Source: Lingula anatina (taxonomy: Eukaryota; Animalia; Brachiopoda). From it: a DNA stretch of 64,000 bases. The stretch lies in assembly GCA_051362555.1 (NCBI GenBank), contig CM120641.1, positions 32,308,401 through 32,372,400 of the forward strand, in the 5' to 3' direction. Within the stretch, counting starts at the first letter, position 1. The number at the start of each line of letters is the position of its first letter. Shown here one piece after another: positions 1 through 24,337 of the stretch. The notes under the pieces were generated by a model that was not told where the DNA came from, made no database searches, and worked only from the letters and a program-made list of their open reading frames with translations. The position numbers and the translations under genes are program-made.

Positions 1-221
1 GCTTCTTAAACAGTATGCAAAATTCAAGTATAAGACATATATTAATTTTGTATCACATTACTAGCGCACCCCGTGGTCCACTACAACACCCTAAAGCCAG
101 TTACCATTCCTGTCACACTGGTTTTAAAAGTTACAGAAATACTGACGATAACAGGACTAGTTCCCAATTATCTCCTTGTCTGGGATCTTTCTGGGTAACT
201 GTCACGCGAATGGCAGCGCAT

Positions 222-1833
222 TTACTCGGGCTGTGTTTGCATCTTGGTGACTGACACACTTGAACTTCGGCGACAATTGATTTGCTTATAGGTCTTAAGT
301 TTGTCAACTGAGGCGTCGGCAGCGAAAAGCAAGTCGTAGAGTAGAGCAGCCACCACCCCAGCTAGTAACTGACCAAGCCAGTAGACCTGAAGATATATAT
401 TATTAGGAAGCATATAAATAGTTAGCTATAGTTTTACTGCGTCCTTAAATATCTTTGTTTCCTATAAATTAATTTCTTTGAAAGAAAAAGCAATTTTCAC
501 CTACTTATGAATCATTGCTCGATCCGTCCCTACATTTGCATTCTGTTTTACGGCATTTATAATTACATAACTTAGTTCTAAATGACTGCAATGTCTTCTT
601 GTACATTTAAGAATGAAATATTGACATTAGATACTTTCATTTGAAGGATTTTATTATTTTTATCGTCTAAATAGGGAAAGATAGGGAGCTTTGCAGGATA
701 TGTAGACACAATATGTGTTTTGGGGACATTTTCAAACGGGGATAGTTTCCCTATAACTGTCCCTGAAACTTACCCAGTGGTTCTCCCATACTGTGGACAC
801 GTACAATACGGCCGGACCGAAACTGCGGGCAGTGTTCATGCCGGCGCCTGTGTATGGGACCTGGACAATGAATAAACAAATTAATCAATAAAATTTATGA
901 TCCATTAATTATACCAAGTAACAAGAACATGCATTTAATGACTTAATTGTACCGTTAAATGGTACTGCCGTTCCACAAGTCATTTTAAAAAGTTTTGCAG
1001 GGAAAAAGTTCCCATTCTCAATATTTAATAAGCAAACCGACATTTTAGTTTTAGGCACATATTATTTTTCTGACACAACAGCGCATCATTCCTTAGTTCC
1101 AGAGAACACTGAAAACTCGACTCTCTACTTACGCTTACCTATGACACTGGAAGCGGCAAAAGCACGCCACCACAGTGCACTTACACACACAAACACACAC
1201 ACACTCATCTTCGGGCAAGCCGTCACCGAGGATAGGCCTATCGACAGTGCGCAGGCTTTTACCAAGATTTCATCGACTTACCGCCCACAGATGACCCATG
1301 GCGACGGACAGTCCGATTGCCAGCGGTCCGGAACCATTCAGGTCCTTTCTGTGGGAGTCGCATGTGGCAAACACAGTGAAGACCAACATGAAGGTCGCCA
1401 TGAACTCAATACCAAAGCCCTGCTCTGCTGTGACGCCAGAAGCTAGCTGGGAGGTTCCAAGGGCGGCTTGGTACGCTGTTGGTGTCAGACCCTTCAGAAT
1501 TGCCGCCCCAGCGATCCCTCCCACCATCTGGCTCACAAAGTAGAAAATACCCCTAACAATGGTGATTTTACGGGTCACAAGAAACCCGATGGTGACGGCC
1601 GGGTTGATGTGGCCGCCGCTGACGTTGGCGATGGCCCAGACGATGGTGGCCACGCTGAAACCAAAGCACAGTGAAATTGTGGCGAGGCTTTGCATGTTGT
1701 TAACGTTTGTGGCTGAGCCGCACGATACCAGCACAAGGAACAGGGTCCCCAGGAATTCCGCGAACATCGCCCTGTAGAGTCCAAGAGAACGGACATCTTC
1801 CGCGCTGGTCACGGTTGCCATGGATCCGGACAT
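222..1833 (-). CDS. Classical (AQP4-like) aquaporin, 3 exons: 1282-1833, 774-860, 222-386; ~267 aa
   Basis: Exon 1 has AEFLGT, SGGHINPAVT and GFGIEFMATFMLV...GHLWA, then the donor GTAAGT. Exon 2 (not in the ORF track) reads VPYTGAGMNTARSFGPAVLYVSTVWENHW between CAG and GTAAGT. Exon 3 reads VYWLGQLLAG...QPE*. All junctions are phase 0. The ar/R filter F-H-A-R is typical of water-selective MIPs. Confidence 0.93.
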
Positions 1834-3664
1834 GGTTGTCAAAGATTATTACAGATTTCTTGGGGGGTTCGGTATTTGTGAATTTCTCGTGCGGTGAAAC
1901 TTTTTTGTCGTTTTTTTCGTTTGTTCAGTTAGTCAAACTATTTTTTAAAAAAGTGTCTCTTTTCTTACGGTCTTTGTGAAACGTTGTAGCCTCCTTCGGT
2001 CGAGATACACCTGTTCAAACTCTGTTATGTCACAATCTTGAACCGACGTAAGTTTCAATTTCTCCGAAGTCACTGCCTACAAACGAATATCTTTTTCTTC
2101 ATAAATTGACGACGACCAGGTCAACAAATGTCACTTTTCCCCACTAATGCTGTTTCAGCATTACTTATTAGCGATTAAACCCTTATGAACGCAATGTTTG
2201 CTGTTCGTCAATAGTTTTCGAGCAAAGCACCCTTGTAATGTTCCACATTTTAGTCTCTTTCGACCCAGTTCTTCCTTTCTTTCTGATGTTATATATAAAG
2301 AATTTCTGCTTACTATTCATTCAAATATTGACTATTGATTGTCGAGAACTCTCTCCTTTTATGATAGCGTTTCATGAATGGGGGGCGGTATTATTCTTAC
2401 ACTCGCAAATTGAACAGCAGTTGAGGCGCTTTGCAGCCTTGTGTGCTTTATCTGAAGAGATTTCTGAAATAATATTCAGAAAGTATTGTACTGGGTGAAA
2501 ACAGTCGCCATTGCTATTACATAAATCTTAAATTCGTGAAAAGCGAGAGTGAAAATTTGCCAAGTGAATTACTAAAACGTAATGAAATGTGAAAAGCCAA
2601 ACAGCACTGAATGTACAGTTGTTACTGTAGTAACTGTTGCGTAGTGGTCTCCATAGTGCGCGTTCTTCGAATTTTTATAACTTGATTATCTGCTTACTAT
2701 TCTTTTGGGGGCAGCCAACACTCGCGCTGTCGATATTTTCTTGGTTGCCAAGTGTCCAACATAACGAGAGACGGCCCCACATTTCATCGATGTATGAACA
2801 GCACACATTTCAGCTCAATAGTTTGGTGGATTCTAGTTCCATTTTAGATGTTGAAACTGTAGAATGAGTGATAAGGGGTTAGTTTACCCCCTCCCCTATC
2901 CCGACGTTACTTATAAATATTCTCGCTTGTTCTATAGGACAAAATTGCACGGAATAGCGAAGTCACACCCTCATTAACGCCGCAAGGAAAACGCACTTTT
3001 AAAATATGAGCTATATCTAATTAAACACATTTATTGTGTTAAAAAATTGTGCATAGCGAAATCTTGCATATAATGACCGACATGTTTGTGTTTTGATACC
3101 CTTCAGATCTTGGAAAGTAATAGTTTTTCTTGTGCCCATTATAATTATACGATAATAGCCAAAGTTCACTCAAAAACATTTGGAAGATTATGCTGCTAAT
3201 AATAAGTGGCAGATTGGAGATGAACCAATAGTTACAATTTTTTCTTGTAATATCCACCCCGCTTAGGTACAGGTGGGGTGTGACCTGGCCGTTCTTAGGG
3301 TCGTGGTGGATTGGCCTATATAAAATGTAGATTTATACAAAAACATGATGAGAGAGGCAAAGAGAGAGCCCTTCAGTTGTTTGCATACCAAATTAAAGTA
3401 ATTAAAGAAATTGTTAGAATAAAATAGAAAACAGTTTAAAAATCACTTTCAAGAATTATAATTAAATCTTTACTGATTTGTCTATCAGGATGGCATTTAA
3501 AAATTGATTTATATGAATGTTTTCAACAGCACACAATCGTTTGCTCACATTTTGCAAAATTATATGATAAATTTATGCAGAACTGTTGTCTTGTAAGATG
3601 TTTCAAGGGGTGCTATCTCTAAATAGTCTATAGATCTTTCTTCATTATGGTTAACAACAAAAAA

Positions 3665-3697
<33 letters not shown>

Positions 3698-3702
3698 TAT
3701 TA

Positions 3703-5049
3703 TCACACATTTTCAAGAGCCTTGTCAATCAGCTCTAGGGCTTGGAGACCTGTCATCTGTAAGGACACATCCCTGTCTCTGTTCACCTGGGGCTCATTGG
3801 GGTTAATTCTTATCAACACCCCTCCTTTGCTCCTCTCCACTAACATTTCACCCTGGAATCGGACCGTGGGAACTGCAAGCCCTGCTCCAATTTCAACAAC
3901 AACAAAAGGTGTATGTGGATCAGCCTTTAAATCGCTGACAAACTGGTTAAATCGGGTCTGCTGACCATCTGTCCTATGACTCACCCAGTCCCAGTCCCCA
4001 AACATGAGGATATTAGGGCGTGCTAAGCCCTGGGGGTCTAAAGGTGGGCCCCTGGGGAGTGGCTCAGCAGCATGCAGTGTACTCTCATCCACCTTTGGGT
4101 CAAAATCAGGGGGCACAGGCCAGATAATATGGTTGCTGTCACAATTAACAAGCTGGAGATAATTTATGCTGCCATGACACTCTATGAGTCTGTCTTCTGA
4201 GAATCCTGCCTTTTGGAAGTGACCATCAACATTGCTAGTGAAAACAAAGTAGCCTTTGTCCATCCATCTTGTCCATTTCCTCAGGATGTGGAAGCCTTCA
4301 TGGGGTGTGGTATTCTTGTATAACTTGTACCTGAAAATTATTATGTTATGTTAAAATATATTATGTTATAATGAAGGCAGATTTAGTATTCATTTATCGA
4401 CACATTGTATCTGTGATTATGTGATGTCCACTAACACACCCTGTGAGAACCTCTCGTGACTGTATGTCGCATTACTTATAAATGGCACGTATAGTACGTG
4501 CTAACACTACTGCACAGCTGGAATTGAAAAAAGTATGATGTTATCAAGCTTGTACATAAACGGATACAAAATTACTTTATTTGCGAATGATTTGATTCAA
4601 AGTGAGTTTGAGGACACACACAGTTTCTCCAGGATTTGGACATTTATTGTTCTGAGAGTTTATAACACTGTGTGTTACCAAGTAAGGCCGAAAAATGAGT
4701 CAGATCCCTCACTCTCTCCCACAGACACACATTCAGACTCCCCTCCCTCCCCCCCCCCCTCCACACACACAAAATTACCAACAGAATACCTGTGTCCAAA
4801 AAATCCCCAAGCAAAAGTTGGATCTTCCAGAAACCAAGAAGGTGTGCTCATCTGAGACAGCGTAAGGTTCATTTTTTTCAGAGGTGGGTAAGCTTTCCAA
4901 AATCCCTGGGGGCCTCTAAAATCCGGCAGGCCTGAATCTACACCCATACCCGCACCAGCTGTGATAACGATTGCTTTGGCCTGGCGTATGGCTTCGGCTG
5001 CACGAATAACGGCCGGTGGTCCTGCATGATGCCATTTCACGTTAGCCAA
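3703..5049 (-). CDS. NAD-dependent SIR2-family (sirtuin) protein of bacterial type, 2 exons: 4790-~5049 and 3703-4330; start uncertain
   Basis: Motifs: ITAGAGMGVDSGLPDFRG, AWGFFGHR|YKLY (phase-2 intron 4331-4789, GTATTC...TTTTCAG), FTSNVDGHF, ECHGS (catalytic His), ARPNILMFGD, EIGAGLAVPTVR, IRINP. There is no in-frame ATG upstream of GAGM; 5049 is a TTG. Confidence 0.88.
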
Positions 5050-5780
5050 ATTGACTCGACAGCGTGCTTAACAACACGTATATGTACACTATATATTCGA
5101 TGCAACTCTTGGTCACTGATTGTCCTGTGACCCAAATGTGTCTTATCTTTCATGCATGGCGATAAAATGTAAAATTATGATTTAAAAGCCTACAAATGTT
5201 GATTTCAATGAAAGGTCATTACAACCTTCGGATCAGCTGTTTCTAACAGGAAGTAACATATTCAAATCTTAATTTACAGAAGAACGAAAAACGTGCCTGC
5301 TTAGGTAAGCGAGGAGTTCTGGGGTAAGCCAAAGACAAATCCCTCAATTTCGTACTTTTGCATTAAAAGATATTGCATTTATGCTAAACGACAAAACGAT
5401 TTTCGTAGCTGATGTTTATTGAGATAGAGAAATGGAGACGTTTGTGAACTTTTATTGATGCATCTGCAAAAGTAACTCCGTTAATTGTCCTTGACAGTCG
5501 AGACTCGTGCTCCCCTTGAAGTTATCAGTCTTAGTACTCTTACCCAGTACATGCTAACGGTACCATTACGCTACGTGTTTCAACCCTGAGAAGCCGAAAA
5601 CTGAGGCTAAGCTCGTACACGGTGCAGTTCTGTGCGGAGCATTCATCCATGCGTGAGCAAGTCTAATCGTCAAAGGGAGTGCAACGCTGCTGAAATGCCG
5701 CTTGCCTTTAATCATGATCTGTTGTAAAGCCACATTCAGTTACTTTTTTATGATACCACACTCGGATTAGATATTTTGTA
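5050..5780. promoter_or_regulatory. Putative bidirectional promoter region between the sirtuin and the RDH-like gene
   Basis: CpG-retaining stretch between divergent genes. It contains an ETS-like CAGGAAGT at ~5247-5254 and + strand GTAAGC donors at 5305 and 5324, consistent with a non-coding first exon that splices to the acceptor ending at 6083. Confidence 0.5.
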
Positions 5781-6101
5781 GCATCTATGATAAGATAATT
5801 TAGATTTATACAGTTCAGGATTTGTGCCGAAAATTATATTCCCCTGGCATTTCAGTAAGAATTAAATATTTACATCAGGTACTTTTATTTAAGGGCTTTT
5901 GTATTTTTGTTAAGTCTGAATTGGGGAAAAGGAAGTAGCTTTGCAGGCATATAAATGTGACTGTGGAACAGTCTCAAATGAAAATAGTAAACCTTTCAGT
6001 TTGGGGTGTAAACTGTATGAAAAGACACTGAAAAGACTGAAAACACTAAAACTAAAAGGACACATGTGCTCTTCTCTTGCAAGGTGTGTCTATCAGCAGT
6101 T

Positions 6102-6184
6102 ATGGTTCAGTTCTCAAGGGGTGTCACCTGGATGAGCTATGTTGGAACTACTGTAGGAGGATTTGTTCTTTTGAAGTAAGTCTC

Positions 6185-6218
<34 letters not shown>

Positions 6219-9200
6219 CTTTATCTGTACAGCATTTAATCTGCATTACGAAAAAACAAAATCAGATTAAGGGTCATCAATTTTATCATCATTTTCACAT
6301 GTTTAAAAACCATAGAATTTTTCCTTACCCCTCCCACCCCTTCGGAGAGTACAAGCTGAAAAGCTGAAAATGATGACCTAGACACCAGTTTAAATCATCA
6401 TTTTTATTATTTTTTAAAAGTGTCTGGTTTGTAGACTTATGAAAATGATGATTAAAATAGGTGGCCCCTAAATAAGAAAATGACTGAGAAATGAAATTTA
6501 AGGTATTGTATGTTTCACTTAGTTTTTGAATAAAAATGTACATGTTATAAATTTACTGTTATTTAGATTATATTTTGACATTACCATAAGGTACATTTAT
6601 GGTGGGGCAAGATATGAAGAAGATACTCAGATCCCAGGCAAAACTGTGATCATTACCGGTGCAAGCAGTGGCATTGGGAAAGCAACTGCATTGGAACTTA
6701 CTAAAAGAGGCAAGCAGACTTAAGCATGGATTGTTTAACTTTTTTATTGCAAAACTTGAATAAGGTACAGGTTGAAAAAGATTTGGCCTTGGAGGTTAAA
6801 CTAATAAACAAATTGGAGTTTGATACAGGAAGTATCTGTTTGAATTTTAGTGATTAGTCAAAGGAACAGTTTGCAAATGGTGGTGATTAATAACAGTATT
6901 TTGACAGATGTAAATGTATTTATCTGGGTAGACTGATATGTAACAAGGTTAAAGTTGGTTAAATCTGGATGAATATAAAGTTATGTTTGCTTTAATAAAC
7001 AAAAATAATTTTTTAAACAGAGCACTTAAATAACTTAAAAATTTTAACTGCATCATGTTTTTATTCATTTAGTTGCATTATCTCCTTATCCAGGTGCTCG
7101 TGTGATCCTTGCATGTAGAGACCTGAAAGCAGCAGAGGAGGTAAAAACCAAGATTATTGAAGAGACCAATTCTTCTCTGGTTTTTGTGAAAAAGCTGGAT
7201 TTGGCATCTCTGACCTCAATCAGGAATTTTGCTGCAGATATTAACAAGAGTGAGTGATAGTGACCTTTGGGAACACAAATACTTTTGCTTCTGCATTTCC
7301 ATACCTTTCCAGATCTTATTTTTTGTATCTTTACACATTTTTATATGCTCTTTTATAAGATAAGGCAAAAAGATGAAGGGAAGTAAAGAATATGATTATT
7401 CTGTCTGAAGTTATTTGTTATTTAACTTTGAACATTTTATCAGTAAGCCATGTATTAGTACATATTAGTTGGGCTCTCTGTCATTGTTTTTTTTTTAGTC
7501 AAAGAAAAAAAAATGACCAAAAATGTCTCTGTGATTTATTAAGCATTCAGGTATCCATTGGGGATCTGAACTTCTAGTTTTATCTTATCACTGTGTTACA
7601 TAATTGTAATTATCTTTGGTAAAAGATTGTGATTTAAGTTCTTTGTTCTGTTTGTAGCCCAGAAAAGAGTTGATGTCTTGATCAACAATGCAGGAGTAAT
7701 GTACTGCCCACAGTCTGTCACCAGAGAAGGATTTGAGATGCATTTAGGAGTCAACCATTTTGGTGAAGGAATTGCTTTCTATTTTCCATTTTAAATTTTA
7801 TTATTTTGATTTGAATTAAGTCATTTTCCCTCTTTGATTTCCAATGAATGATGACTAGTAAATGTATTTTAAAAAGCAAGAAATGAAAATTTATGCAGTG
7901 TAAAATGCAGTGTTCATTTCTTCATATTTTTACTAAATAATGCAGATGTTATTTGATAAACACATTTATTACCATATGAATCAGAACTAATTGCTGGTTT
8001 GTTATGTGTTTATTTCACTTATTTTCATTTATGCAATGAAAAAAATATTATTTCCAGGTCCTTTCTTGCTGACCAATTTATTACTAGACAAAATGAAGCA
8101 GTCCAAGCCAAGCAGAATAATATGTGTCAATGACTCTGTGTATAAGGATGGACAAATAGATTTTAAAGATTTGAACTGCAAGAAGTTTTATGATGAACGA
8201 CATGCCTACAGACAGAGCAAGCTGGCTAATATGTTGTTTGTTAATGAGCTGGATAGAAGATTAAAAGGTACTTTTTGCAACGGAGAGAGAAAATTAACTT
8301 TTGTGAAAACTTTCTCTCTTTCTCTCTCATTTCTGATAGAGTTTGGGGATATTTGTCATACCCAAAGTTGTATCTTTTCAGTTTCATACAAGTAGAATAA
8401 TATCAAGTAGATTTTCTAGTTTTTGTCAAACTGTTGTACTCAAAAGTTATTTCTATCATCAGAAACATGGATATTAATATTAATAATATCTTGAATTTCA
8501 GATACAGGAGTCACAGTAAATGCTGTCAACCCAGGAATCTGTAATACAAAAATCCACAGACATTCAAAAACATACCATTCCATATTTTTGGGAAATATCT
8601 TGGGATTTTTGCTGACCATCTTTGCCAGCAACCCACAACAAGGATCACAGACAGTGGTCTATGCAGCTGTGGCTCCAGAGTTGGAGGAAGTTTCTGGAAA
8701 ATATTTTTCGTAAGGACATCTTTTATGTATATCTTAAGCAAATCTTAAATGTTGCATTAAATGCTTCTATTACTAACCATAAAAATACTACTGAAATATT
8801 TTTATAAGCTCCAATTTGAGTCAGTGAGATCCTTTGTGGGTGCATGGGCTTTTCTTAGGGTATGTTCACAAATCTGTGCTCAAATTTCATGGTGGTAACT
8901 TTTTTTATAAACGTACTAAGTTACTTAAGTAGTTTCTTCATTCAACAAGTAAAATTAGATCATTCACACTTCAGTACGTCTGTGTCTGTCCAGGAATGCC
9001 ATCCCATTCCTCCCTGTACTGTCTGCATGAACCCCATAGAGAGGTCAGGCAGAGTGTAACATAATTCTGAAATGTTGTTGAAAAAAATCTGATTTAAGCC
9101 ATTGATTGGAGAAAGAATTGCAGTGGCTAAGTGTTTAGCAGAGCATAAGAAAAAGCTTTCTAGGTAAACATACTAAGATTGAATTTTCACCATCTTTGAT

Positions 9201-9307
9201 TTTCCAGGAATTGCAAGGAAGAAAAAATTAATCCTGTAGGGAAGGACACCAAGGCAGCTGAGAGGCTGTGGCTTATTAGTGAAAAATGGACAAGATTAGT
9301 GAGTTAA
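6102..9307 (+). CDS. RDH13: Retinol dehydrogenase 13-like SDR. Exons 6102-6175, 6591 (or 6567)-6709, 7094-7249, 7658-7762, 8058-8267, 8502-8709, 9208-9307; ~323-331 aa
   Basis: N-terminus [13 protein letters not shown], cofactor motif [40 protein letters not shown], catalytic [25 protein letters not shown]. Splice phases are consistent. Intron 2 needs a GC donor. RDH13 versus RDH11/12/14 rests on N-terminal resemblance only. Confidence 0.85.
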
Positions 9308-9634
9308 TATTGGTAGTTCATAGACCAGTCAGGGTATATAATCTCCAGATCTTTTCTATTAGCAGTTAAATTTAGAAGAGAAACAAGATTGCAAAAACTG
9401 GAAAATTCTCACTCCTAGGAAGGACTAAAAAGACTGTAAACTACTTCTAAATTTTGGACCAAAAGATGCCAATGTATCCATCAGCTGGATGGGAAATATG
9501 ACAGTTTTCTTTGAATTACCATATTACATATATATATATGACACAAATGGACCTTATCAGCTTCTGAGAGGTGACCTAAATCACTGAACTGATATCAAAA
9601 ACAGCAATGTTGCATCTTCTGGCAGATGAGTGAA

Positions 9635-9844
9635 AATAAACATTTTATTATATACTGGTGGCATTTTGTAAATATACCACCATGACATGGGCTTAGTGTA
9701 ACTTTTTAATGTGAAAGATATAAGATTGTTTCATCATTGACAATATCTTTTAAATTGTCTTATTTGCAAAAAATTAAATTTAACTACCATAAGTTCATTA
9801 TTTGCAAAGCATTTATTATATAAAACAGTTATCTGACAAATAAA
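9635..9844. terminator. Interleaved poly(A) signals of the convergent RDH-like and KIF6 genes
   Basis: AATAAA on + at 9635-9640 and 9839-9844; AATAAA on - (TTTATT) at 9644-9649 and 9812-9817. Confidence 0.45.
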
Positions 9845-10326
9845 AAATTACAGCTTTGTCACCGTTTAAAATGACTTATAAAATCTGTTCTTTGAATAAT
9901 TTTTGTAATAGTAAAACAATTCTTTTCAAATGAAAAAAAATCACTGGCACATTCCATGATGACCAAGAAAAGTTGTGAAACAAGGACGGGTATGCATCAA
10001 GTGTTCTCTATGGCAGGTTCCTCATTTGTTGTGAGATGAGTTCCTCTAATTTATAAAAACCTTACGATGCTCTGAAAGCATTTTCCTTTCAATTTCTAGA
10101 TAAGATTCTTTCGCAGTATTATTCTCACGAGAAAAACCTAAACGTGAACATCTGAATATTTAGAAATGATGAAATGTTGCAGGTGATTTTAAAAAATGGA
10201 AAGTTTTATAAAAGAGGGAATGGTGTAGATAATGCAAATGATTTGCAGTGATTTTACTTCAAGTCTCTCTCAGGTGAAAACCATTTGAAGACCCCTTCGA
10301 AGACAATATTCTAACAATTCATTCAG

Positions 10327-24084
<13,758 letters not shown>

Positions 24085-24337
24085 CTTTCTTGACGAATTC
24101 GTTTAAAGATTCAATAACTCGACTAATTGTCCATTAGACAGTTTTTTACAGCCATAATTCGACAAAATGTGACCGATAATCGCATTTGTTGACAACCACG
24201 ACCGCCATACTAATACCTGTGTAACTTCGAAGCAATTGGAATGTGAGTCTGTGATTGGTCAAAAAAACCAGCTACTTGACCCAGGACTTGACCCCAACTC
24301 AGTCACACTGACGGTGAACGGGAAGAACGAGTAGCAG
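24085..24337. promoter_or_regulatory. Compact bidirectional promoter KIF6/DAAM, including the putative non-coding first exon of DAAM (donor CAG|GTAAGG at 24337/24338)
   Basis: CpG-retaining island (~23960-24800) in CpG-depleted surroundings. Contains TTGTTGACAAC at 24186-24196, a reverse CCAAT box at 24254-24258, and the direct repeat ACTTGACCC at 24274-24282 and 24286-24294. Confidence 0.6.

Noticed and set aside
1141-1979. Plus-strand ORFs of 68-101 aa overlapping aquaporin exon 1
   Set aside because: Antisense shadows of a GC-rich coding exon with no recognisable motifs.
3703-5049. Sirtuin as bacterial contamination, a class M SirTM, or an anti-phage SIR2 system
   Set aside because: It has a spliceosomal intron and animal neighbours. 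It keeps the catalytic His (SirTMs lack it) and has no macrodomain or defence-gene partner in the window.
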